DNA of 64,000 bases. Origin: an uncultured Gemmatimonadales bacterium. GTDB taxonomy: Bacteria; Gemmatimonadota; Gemmatimonadetes; Gemmatimonadales; Gemmatimonadaceae. Shown piece after piece: positions 18,981-28,562 of the stretch. The translations under genes were made by a program, and so were the position numbers. How positions within the stretch are numbered: position 1 is the first letter of the stretch; each line of letters begins with the position of its first letter. The notes under the pieces are model-generated. The model saw nothing but the letters and a program-made list of their open reading frames with translations, had not been told where the DNA came from and did not search any database. The stretch spans positions 192,001-256,000 of the forward strand of contig CAVPQB010000004.1 of NCBI GenBank assembly GCA_963707505.1, read 5' to 3'.

Positions 18981-20557
18981 ATGAGAACACTCGATTCCAG
19001 CGTTCGCGCTGTTGATCGCCGGCTGTCAGGACCTCGCGGTCACTGATCCAAACGCACCTGACCGCGCGCGCGCAACAAAGGCTCCGGTATCGGCCGAGAC
19101 GTTCGTCTCGAGCTCGTTCCGCACCTGGTGGCCTGTTGCTGGCCACGGGAACTATCCGTCGTGGGCATTTTCCACGGTTGCTCACGACGTTACTTCGGGC
19201 TTCGCGGACTTCGGCCAGCTGGAGATTTCCACGGAGCCGCGCGCGGCGTGGAATAACAGTCCGGTCAACACGCAGAACAGCGTCAATCAGAGGCCGTGGT
19301 ACGATCTGTACAGCACGATCTCCACGGTGAACGACGCGCTCATCGCGATTGATTCGGGCCTCGTTATCGGTGATGCGGCGCGTACGACGCGTACGCGTGC
19401 CGTCGGCAAGTTCATGCAGGGCATGTCGCACGGATACCTCGGTCTCTACTTCGACTCGGCGTTCGTCGCCAACGAGAAGCTCGCGCTCGACACGATCACG
19501 ACGCCGCAATTCCAGCCGTATCCGGAAGTGATCAAGGCAGCGATCAGTCAGCTCGATACTGCGATTGCGATTTCCAAAACCGCCAACTTCACGTTGCCGG
19601 GTGATTCTTGGCTGTTCGCAGCGATGGACCAGAACGGTTTTGCAAGTCTGGCGAATTCGTTCGCAGCGCGACTGCTGGCATATTCGCCGCGCACGAGTGC
19701 TGACCGCGCTGCGGTGGACTGGAACGAGGTGATCCGTCGAATCGACGCCGGCATCACGACTGACTTCGCGCCCACGGCGCAGCCGAACATGCTGTGGGAT
19801 GACTGGCAGCGTCTCGCTGCCCGCGTTCGCAGTGGACCGCCGAGCGACTACGGACGTCCGAGCTACTGGCTACTCGGTCCGGCCGACTCGAGCGGTGGAT
19901 ATCAAAACTGGATCAACACGCCGCTGACGAGCCGCCAGCCATTCCAGATGCGTACGCAGGGATCGTCGCATACAGGGGGCAGCCGGTCCGACAGCCACCG
20001 GCAAGTACATCGGTTACAATGCGTCGTCGATTGGAGCCGCGAGCCGCGGCTCGTATCGGTATTCGTACTACTACTACATCCGAAATGGTACCGGCACGAG
20101 CTGGCAGAGCGGTCCGATTCCGGACATGACGCGCACCGAGATGGACTTGCTGAAGGCAGAGGCGTTGATCCGGCTCGGTCGCGCCAGCGAGGCTGTACCG
20201 CTCATCAACAAGACACGCGTCGCAAACGGACAACTTCCCCCGGTGACCGTCGATGGGCCGCCAGACGAACCAGGCTGTGTGCCGCGAAAGCTGAGCGGAG
20301 CGTGCGGCAGTCTTTGGGACGCTCTTCGTTATGAGAAGGGAATCGAGAACTACGGTGTGAACGGAGTCATCGCATTCTTTGACGCGCGCGGATGGCAGAC
20401 GTTGCCGGAGAACAGCATTGTTCAGCTGCCGGTTCCCGGCGCGGAGTTGGCGACGCTGCGTCGTCCGCTCTACACCTACGGAGGTGCGGGTAATCCGGGT
20501 AGTGCACCAGCGCCGGCACCGGAGAAGTGCCCAGTCCCGCTGGCGCGATGCCAGTAA
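18981..20557 (+). CDS. RagB/SusD-family lipoprotein (frameshifts near 18990 and 19960)
   Basis: IAGC lipobox; directly downstream of SusC; C-terminal LLKAEALIRLG..INKTR..LRYEKGIE..FFDARGW..P.P..EL. Confidence 0.85.
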
Positions 20558-23317
20558 GGCTTTGCAGAGCGCGGCGATTGTTGCTGGCCGGCACGCTTGT
20601 TTCGGGTGCCGGTCTGCTATCACCGCGCACCGCGCGCGCTCAGGCGACTTCGCCCGACCAGGCAGCGTCTGTGCTTGCAGACTATCAGTGGCGCAACATC
20701 GGTCCCGGCTCGCCAGGCGGACGCATCACCGACGTCGAGGCGCTGGATACGGACTTCCGTTTCGTGATCGCGGCCGCTGCCTCCGGCGGAGTCTGGAAGA
20801 GCACCAACGCAGGCACGACATGGACGCCGATCTTCGATCATTATGGATCGTCGTCGATCGGCGACATCAAGATATACCAGCCTGATCCACGCATCCTGTG
20901 GGTCGGCACCGGTGAGGCGAACAACCGCAACAGCGTTGCGTGGGGCGACGGAATTTACAAGTCTACCGATGGTGGTGAAACGTTCACCAACGTCGGACTG
21001 CGCAACACGTTCCAGATTGCGCGCATCGTCACGCATCCCAGAAGTCCGGATACGGTGTACGTTGCGGCAATCGGAAATCTCTGGGCGTCGACTGGTGATC
21101 GTGGCGTGTTCAAGACCACCGACGGCGGCAAGAGCTGGGAGAAGCTCGCCGGTGGACTGCCGAGCGATCCCAAAATCGGCGCTACCGACGTGGTGATGGA
21201 TCCAGGCGATCCAAACATTCTGTACGCCGCATTCTATCAGCGCCAGCGTCTTCCGTGGCGATACAACGCCGGCAGCACTGACGGTGGAATCTTCAAGACG
21301 ACCGACGGTGGAAAGACGTGGGCAAAGCTCACGACCGGACTGCCAACGGGTGAGACCGGCCGTATTGGACTCGACATATACCACAAGAATCCAAAGATTC
21401 TCATGGCGATCGTCGAGGCCACGCCCGGCTCGGAGAATCTTGCGACAGCTGGCTCCGGCATCTATCGCAGCGAGGACGGCGGTGCGAAGTGGACGTACCT
21501 CAATCGCTACAACAACAGACCATTCTATTACAGCCAGATTCGCATCAACCCGTCCGACGATCAGCTCGTGTACGTGCTCACGACGAGCTTCCAGTGGTCG
21601 ACGGACGGCGGCAGGACGTTCGAGGCGGCGCGCGCGCCGTTCGGCCCCAACTACGATCATCACGCGATGTGGATCGATCCGGCACACAAGGATCGCTTCT
21701 ACCTTGGCAAGGACAAGGGCCTGACGCTCACGCACGATAACGGATCCAGTTTCATCTTCTTCGACAATCTGCCGATCATGCAGGCGTATAAGGTCGCTGT
21801 CGACATGCGCACGCCATACGCCATCTATGCGGGACTGCAGGACAACGGCACTATCGGGACTATGAGCTTCACGCGCGACGCACTCGGCGTTCGCAACGAC
21901 GCTGCGTGGAAGCTGCACTGGGACGATGGTCAGTACGTCGCAGTCGATCCGCGCGACTGGCGCACCGTGTACTCGGAAGGCACACAGGCATCTTTTCGTG
22001 TCGTCGATCCGGTCGGGCACACTGATACCGATCGGCGAATCACGCGAAGCGAGAATTGTCAATTTCAAGGACGTAGCTCCACCTGTAAGAAAAGGCGATC
22101 CGCTTCCGCGACTTCGCTTCAACTGGTCTTCGCCGTACATCCTCTCGCCGCACGATCCCGACGTCCTGTACTACGGATCCAACTATCTGCTCAAGTCAAC
22201 CGACAAGGGCGTGACGTGGAAGGCGATCAGCAAGGATCTGTCGAAACACGATCCATCGAAGAACGGAGTCGGAACGGGCGGCCTCACTCCTGAAGAAACA
22301 GGCGCAGAGGGTTACGCGACGATCTTCTCCGTTTCCGAATCTCCAGTTGCGAAGGGAACGATTTGGGCCGGCACAGACGATGGAAATGTGTGGTTGACGC
22401 GCAATGACGGTGCCACGTGGACCGAAGTCGACGTGAACATCCCCGATGTACCGAAGGGAACGTGGGTGAGTCGGATAGTCGCGTCTGCGACGGATGCGAA
22501 TACTGCGTACGTATCATTCGATGGCCATCGCAGCGACAACCGCGCTCCGTGGTTGTTCAGAACGACTGACGGCGGCAAGACATGGAAGAACCTGTCTGCC
22601 GGACTCGCGCAGAATTCGCCGGTATACGTGATCGAGGAAGATTCGAAAAATACGAATCTACTCTTCGTCGGGACCGAGCACGGTGTGCAGGTTTCTCTCG
22701 ATCGCGGCAACACGTGGCGGCCGATGCAGAATGGCCTGCCGGTTGTTGCCGTCTATGACATAGTCATTCATCCACGCGATCGCGACGTCATACTCGGCAC
22801 GCACGGCCGCGGCATCTACATTCTGGACGACATCACGGCGCTCGAAGAATGGAACCCAGCGTTGGCCACGACAGCCGCGCATCTGTTCGCGCAGCATCCC
22901 GCCACGATATGGGTGGACCAGAGTCGCAGCGGGCAGCTCGGTGAGAACACGTACGCAGGCGAGAATCCTCCGTACATCGAGCCGATCAACTACCAGATGC
23001 GCGACCGCTCGCACATCGTGAACACGCCGCTGATCACGTTCAGCCTTGGCGCCGGCGCATCGGGAACCGCTACACTCGATATTACGAGCCCGGATGGACA
23101 CACGCGCACGCTATCGATGCCGGCCAAAGCTGGGATCACGCGGTACGCGTGGGATGGTCGGATGGAAGCACCGATGACTGGCGGAGCGGGTGCGCGCGCG
23201 CGTCGTGGGCCGGCACCAGTCATCGCCCCCGGCGTGTACAAGCTCAGGCTCACGTACGGCGGTAGTACGTCAAGCGGGAGCATCGTGGTACGGCCCGATC
23301 CGTTGTTGAATCGGTAA
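20548..23317 (+). CDS. Secreted VPS10/BNR beta-propeller protein (frameshift near 22050)
   Basis: IGPGSPGGRI, many TTDGGKTW Asp-boxes, GLQDNG and THGRGIYI; ORFs 20527-22293 and 21926-23317 are two halves of one gene. Confidence 0.9.
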
Positions 23318-23338
23318 TTGGAGCGGGTAGAATAGTAG

Positions 23339-23380
23339 AAAGAGTCGTCATTCCCACGAAAGCGGGAATGACGACTCTTT
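23339..23380. repeat. REP-like palindrome, probably acting as a bidirectional terminator
   Basis: aaagagtcgtcattccc acgaaagc gggaatgacgactcttt between convergent genes. Confidence 0.85.
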
Positions 23381-23388
23381 TCGTTCCC

Positions 23389-23565
23389 CTACTGTGAATC
23401 CGTGCTCACGATCACTGCCCGCTTGATGTAATCCAGCTTCGGGAACGCGCGCTCCAGGTACGCGTTTCCGCCGGCTTCGATGAGACCCTGCTTGCCGGCC
23501 GGCACTCGGCCGCCGGCGCCTTAGTCATAGCCCGAATAGATGCGCAGCACCGCATCCATCTCGCT
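23389..23565 (-). pseudogene. Cyclophilin-type peptidyl-prolyl isomerase C-terminal remnant
   Basis: Manual translation EMDAVLRIYSGYD*GAGGRVPAGKQGLIEAGGNAYLERAFPKLDYIKRAVIV, with an in-frame TAA at 23521-23523 and no N-terminal part. Confidence 0.7.
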
Positions 23566-23835
23566 CGGCACCTCGGCACGGGGACGTCCGGTGCTTCCAG
23601 GCTGCAATGACTGCGGGGTAGCCGTCGAGCGCGAACTGCGCCAGGCTTGGGGGCGACGGAATTGGTGCTGCTCGGAGGTCCTTTTGAGCAGGAATACGCC
23701 GCTCACCCCTCATATGTGACCGTTCACGGGTTCCGGCTTGTCAGTAACCGCATCCGGGATACTTTATCCGTGGGAAAGAAATCTGTGTTACATTCGTACC
23801 ATTTCCCAATACCGGGTCGCCAAGGAGGAAAAAGG

Positions 23836-26800
23836 ATGGGACGTCTCGTTCGACTCACCACCGTGCTCATGGGTGCGCTGGCGCTAATGCCGAGCTGGTC
23901 ACACGCTCAGGGTAGTGCCCAGGTCACCGGACGCGTGACAGCCGAGGGCGGTGCGCCGCTGCCGGGTGCCAGCGTCTTTGTCACTGGAATGAACATCGGG
24001 TCCACGACCGGGGAGGACGGGCGTTACGCGTTCACCGTCTCCGCGGACCGGATCACCGGCAAGGCCGTCACGCTCACGGCGCGACGCATCGGATACAAGA
24101 TCGGAACCGCATCGATCGTTCTCACCTCGGGGACGAACACTCACGACTTCACGCTCACCGCGACGACTACTGCACTCGAAGGCGTGGTCGTCACCGCGCT
24201 CGGTATCCAGCGCGACAAGCGATCGCTCGGTGTGGCCCAGACCAGCGTCAGCGCGAGTGAGCTCACCGCAGCACGCGAGCCCAACATCGTCAATGCGCTC
24301 GCGGGCAAGGTGCCCGGCGTCGAGATCACCAACGACGGACCGCCAGGCGGATCTTCCCGCATCGTGATCCGCGGCGAGAACTCGATTACAGGCAACAACC
24401 AGCCGCTCTTCGTGGTGGATGGTATTCCGATCGACAACTCGTCCAGCACCAATAGCGGATTTGGCGGATTCGACTTCGGCAACGCGGCTTCGGACATCAA
24501 TCCTGACGACATCGAGTCGATCAGCGTTCTGGCCGGTGCCAATGCAGCCGCACTGTACGGCGCGCGCGCCGCGAACGGCGCGATCGTGATCACGACGAAG
24601 ACCGGCAAGGGCACGCAAGGTATGGGTGTCAAGGTGAGCCAGAATCTCACCTTCGAGACGCCGCTCCGACTGCCCGAGTTTCAGAACGTGTACGGTCAGG
24701 GCTCTGGCGGGAACTTCGCGTACAAGGACGGTAAGGGTGGCGGAATAAGCGACAACGTCAACCGCAGCTGGGGTCCCAAGATGGACGGCCGGCCGATCGT
24801 TCAGTGGTGGAGCAACGGAGTGCCCGAGCCCTGGGTGCCCGCGCCGAACAACGTCTCGGACTTCTTCAATACCGGCCGCACTTCAACGACGAACGTCGCG
24901 GTTACCGCAGCCGGTCCGCGCTCGGATGTCCGCATCAGCGCGACCAATCTGGACGTGAAGTCGATCTATCCAACCAACACGCTCCAGCGCCTCAACCTCA
25001 GCATGAACGGCGGTGCGCAGATAACGTCCAAGCTGAGCACGCGCGCGAACGTTCAGTACATCCAGGATCGGAATCAGAACCGCCCGCAGACGGGTTACAA
25101 CGCCAACAGCGCGATCTTCAATCTCATGATCTGGGGCGGCCGCCAGCGCGACCTCCCGCACATGAAGAATTACATCAATCCTGACGGCACCCAGAACGGA
25201 CCGAACCACACGACCACCAACAATCCATACTGGGACGTGTACGCGGACCCCAACGCTGACACGCGCGATCGCGTGATCGGCTCCGGCGACGTGACGTACA
25301 AGTTCAACGACTGGTTGACTGGTATGGCCAGAACTGGAACCGACTGGCACCGCGACTGGCGCAAGCAGGAATATGCCAACGGTAACATCGGTGTCGATTA
25401 CGCCGGCGGCGCGTTCTTCGAGCAGAATCTCTTCGTTCGCGAGACGAACAGCGACTTTCTGCTCACCGCTGATAAGAAGCCCATTGGCAAGCTCGGGATG
25501 ACGTTCAATTTCGGCGGTAACCGCCGCGACAACGCCTCCAGCAATTACAACGACGGTACACCGCACCTCGTAATTCCCGGCACGTTCAACATCGGGAACT
25601 CCGCAGTCACGCCGCAGGTCTCGTCGTTCGCGTCAGCTCGCCAGACCAACAGCTTGTACGGCCAGGCCCAGTTCTCGTGGGACAATTACCTGTTCCTCGA
25701 CGCGACCGGCCGCAACGATTGGTCGTCCACGCTCCCCCAGGGAAACAACTCGTACTTCTATCCCTCGGTGTCGGGCAGCTTCGTCTTCACCGACGCGGTT
25801 CCGGCGCTTCACCTCGGCGGATTGCTCTCATACGGAAAACTGCGCGCAAGCTGGGCGCAGGTCGGCAACGACGCCGATCCATATCAGCTTGCGGTGACGT
25901 ATTCGCCCGGCACTCCGTTCGGATCGATTCCGCGCTTCACCGTGCCGGATCAGATTCCGAACTCGAATCTCAAGCCTGAGCGCACACGCTCATGGGAGAC
26001 TGGCGCCGAGCTGCGTTTCCTCGACGATCGCGTTTCGTTCGACGGATCGTACTACAACAAGCTCACGAGCGATCAGATCATTCCCGCTCAGATCACGTCG
26101 ACGATCGGATACACATCGGCCGTCGTCAATGCTGGCTCGCTGCGTAACCACGGTATCGAAGGCCAGCTCAACGTCACACCGATCAAGCACGGCAGCTTCC
26201 AGTGGGATGTCACGGGGAACTATGCGAGAAACCGGAGCGAGGTCGTAAGTCTGTACAAGGGACTGCAGACCGTCGTGCTCGGCACCTACTGGGGACTCAG
26301 CGTCGAGGCTCGCGCGAATCAGCCGTACGGAACCTTGTACGGCAATCCATATCTGCGCAACGCCCAGGGCCAGCTGGTCACGCTCAATGGCCTTCCGCAG
26401 ATCGATCCGACACAGCGTGTGCTCGGACACTATTCGCCGAACTGGATCGGTGGCCTGCAGAACAAGTTCCACTATGGCCACTGGGATTTCAGCTTCCTCT
26501 TCGACACCAAGCAGGGTGGTCAGATCTTCAGCACCACCAAGATGTTCGGCGAGGAGTCGGGAGTGCTCAAGTCTTCGTTGCTCGGCCGCGAGACGGCTGA
26601 GTCGCTCACCGATGGCGGCGGACTGATCGTCAGCGGTGTGAATGCGGATGGAAGTCCGAACACGACGAAGGTTACATCACAGGCGTATTTCAACTCCCTG
26701 TTCCAGAACCACGAAGCCAACATAGTGAGTGCAACCTTCACCAAGCTGCGTGAAGTGAGACTCAACTATGAGGTGCCGCAATCGGTGGCCAACCGATTCC

Positions 26801-26970
26801 GTGTCTCGGCGATGAACGTCGCGTTCGTTGGACGGAATCTGTGGCTGCATGCCGCGGCTCCGGACATCGACCCGGAGACTGCGTTCGATAACAGCAACGT
26901 TCAGGGAATCGAGTTCATCGGTGTCCCATCCACGAAGAGCCTCGGCTTTTCCGTCAACGTCACGCCGTGA
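23836..26970 (+). CDS. SusC/RagA-family TonB-dependent transporter
   Basis: AGGAGG upstream; VVVTALG, NQPLFVVDG, DINPDDIESISVL.GANAAALYGARAANGAIVITTK, RNDWSS, YFYPS and LKPE motifs. Confidence 0.95.
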   Translation: MGRLVRLTTVLMGALALMPSWSHAQGSAQVTGRVTAEGGAPLPGASVFVTGMNIGSTTGEDGRYAFTVSADRITGKAVTLTARRIGYKIGTASIVLTSGTNTHDFTLTATTTALEGVVVTALGIQRDKRSLGVAQTSVSASELTAAREPNIVNALAGKVPGVEITNDGPPGGSSRIVIRGENSITGNNQPLFVVDGIPIDNSSSTNSGFGGFDFGNAASDINPDDIESISVLAGANAAALYGARAANGAIVITTKTGKGTQGMGVKVSQNLTFETPLRLPEFQNVYGQGSGGNFAYKDGKGGGISDNVNRSWGPKMDGRPIVQWWSNGVPEPWVPAPNNVSDFFNTGRTSTTNVAVTAAGPRSDVRISATNLDVKSIYPTNTLQRLNLSMNGGAQITSKLSTRANVQYIQDRNQNRPQTGYNANSAIFNLMIWGGRQRDLPHMKNYINPDGTQNGPNHTTTNNPYWDVYADPNADTRDRVIGSGDVTYKFNDWLTGMARTGTDWHRDWRKQEYANGNIGVDYAGGAFFEQNLFVRETNSDFLLTADKKPIGKLGMTFNFGGNRRDNASSNYNDGTPHLVIPGTFNIGNSAVTPQVSSFASARQTNSLYGQAQFSWDNYLFLDATGRNDWSSTLPQGNNSYFYPSVSGSFVFTDAVPALHLGGLLSYGKLRASWAQVGNDADPYQLAVTYSPGTPFGSIPRFTVPDQIPNSNLKPERTRSWETGAELRFLDDRVSFDGSYYNKLTSDQIIPAQITSTIGYTSAVVNAGSLRNHGIEGQLNVTPIKHGSFQWDVTGNYARNRSEVVSLYKGLQTVVLGTYWGLSVEARANQPYGTLYGNPYLRNAQGQLVTLNGLPQIDPTQRVLGHYSPNWIGGLQNKFHYGHWDFSFLFDTKQGGQIFSTTKMFGEESGVLKSSLLGRETAESLTDGGGLIVSGVNADGSPNTTKVTSQAYFNSLFQNHEANIVSATFTKLREVRLNYEVPQSVANRFRVSAMNVAFVGRNLWLHAAAPDIDPETAFDNSNVQGIEFIGVPSTKSLGFSVNVTP

Positions 26971-27004
26971 CCGCCACCCAATACTCACAGAATGAGATGA
27001 GCAT

Positions 27005-28492
27005 ATGAGACTCTCAACAACAATCGGCGTGACGTCCGCGCTTGCTCTTGCACTACTGGCAAGCGGATGCGACAACAGCGGCCTTACCGGAATCAACAAG
27101 AATCCGAACGCGCCAGGCAGTGTAACTCCTCAGTTCCTGTTTCCGACGGCCATTACAGACGTCGTCGGGCGCGCGCGCGGCGGGAGCTTCGATCTGACGC
27201 TCACGTCGCTCTGGGCGCAGCACATCGCAATGGACCGTTTCACGGACGAGGACACGTATTCGATTCGGCCCGACAACATCAACGGATACTGGTCGGGTTT
27301 CTACGCCGGAGGTCTGCAGGATCTGGCGACGATTCTCGCGAGCACGAGTCAGACCGACAGCGCGAACATCGTCGCACCAGCGCTCGTGATGAAGTCGTGG
27401 ACGTTCGGCATCATGACCGACATATGGGGTGACATCCCATACTCGCAGGCCAACAAATCCGATCCTTCATCGCCGCCGCAATACGACCCGCAGAAGACCA
27501 TCTATGCGGGAATACTCGCCGACCTCAAGACGGCCAGCGACATCAGCGCGCCCGGCGGTGCGAATTATGGAACCGCAGATCTGATCTACAACGGCGACGC
27601 GACGAAGTGGAAGAAGTTCGCCAACTCGCTTCGCCTCCGTTATGCGCTGCGCCTGTCCAAGGTCGATCCGACCACGGCACAGACACAGGTCGCGGCAGCG
27701 ATCGCAGCTGGTGTGTTCACCTCGAACGCTGACAACGCGCTGCTCAAGTGGCCCGGTGACGGCACGAACAACAATCCGATCTACGCCAACTTCGTGACGC
27801 GCGACGACCAGCACATGAGCCAGACGCTGGTGAATATCTTGAAGAGCCTGTATATCTCGATCGGACCGACGCCGGCAGATACGGTGTTCGATCCGCGCCT
27901 TGCGGTGTACGCCGACCCGATAATCTCGAGCCCGAGCAAGCCGCTCTACGTCGGTGCACCGAACGGATTGCAGGACGATGCCGCAATCGCAATCGGGATC
28001 AACAACACATCACGCGTTGGCATTGCATATCGCGGCAAGGCGACTCCGTCGATCCTGATGGCGTATTCCGAAGTGCTGTTCGATGAAGCAGAAGCCGCCG
28101 CGCGTGGCTGGGCACCGGGCGATGCCGCTGCGCTGTACAACGCCGGTATTCAGGCGTCGATGCAGTACAACGGAATCGCGGACAACGTGACAGCGGCGTA
28201 CATCGCCTCGCCTCGCGTTGCGTACTCGCCGGCAACCGGTCTGCAGCAGATCGCGCTGCAACGCTGGATCGCGCTGTTCTCTGAGGGAACGGAAGCATAC
28301 AGTTCCTGGCGCCGCACTGGCGTGCCGGATCTCAAACCCGGTCCGGCCGCGATCACGTCGCCGCAGGTGGTGCCGCGCCGCCTTACCTACCCGGTGTCGG
28401 AGCAGTCATTCAACGATGCCGCACTGCAGGCCGCTAGCGCCGCGCAGGGCGGAGCAACGCTGAACGGCCGCGTCTGGTGGGACAAGCCGTAG
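27005..28492 (+). CDS. SusD/RagB-family lipoprotein
   Basis: ASGC lipobox; TDIWGDIPYSQA, DLIYNGD..KWKKFANSLRLR, QRWIALF and WRRTG.P motifs. Confidence 0.95.
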   Translation: MRLSTTIGVTSALALALLASGCDNSGLTGINKNPNAPGSVTPQFLFPTAITDVVGRARGGSFDLTLTSLWAQHIAMDRFTDEDTYSIRPDNINGYWSGFYAGGLQDLATILASTSQTDSANIVAPALVMKSWTFGIMTDIWGDIPYSQANKSDPSSPPQYDPQKTIYAGILADLKTASDISAPGGANYGTADLIYNGDATKWKKFANSLRLRYALRLSKVDPTTAQTQVAAAIAAGVFTSNADNALLKWPGDGTNNNPIYANFVTRDDQHMSQTLVNILKSLYISIGPTPADTVFDPRLAVYADPIISSPSKPLYVGAPNGLQDDAAIAIGINNTSRVGIAYRGKATPSILMAYSEVLFDEAEAAARGWAPGDAAALYNAGIQASMQYNGIADNVTAAYIASPRVAYSPATGLQQIALQRWIALFSEGTEAYSSWRRTGVPDLKPGPAAITSPQVVPRRLTYPVSEQSFNDAALQAASAAQGGATLNGRVWWDKP

Positions 28493-28506
28493 TATTGATC
28501 ATGACA

Positions 28507-28543
28507 GCAAACCGGGGACGGTGTTTCACCGTCCCCGGTTTGC
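28507..28543. terminator. 17-bp perfect stem-loop after susD
   Basis: gcaaaccggggacggtg ttt caccgtccccggtttgc. Confidence 0.75.
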
Positions 28544-28562
28544 GTAATGGAGAACTATCCGC

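Noticed and set aside
16980..18990. Many frameshifts in SusC/SusD as programmed frameshifting or pseudogenisation
   Set aside because: The indels are dense, patchy and mostly single-base, all motifs are preserved, and there are no slippery sites. This is typical of long-read or polishing errors; raw reads would decide.
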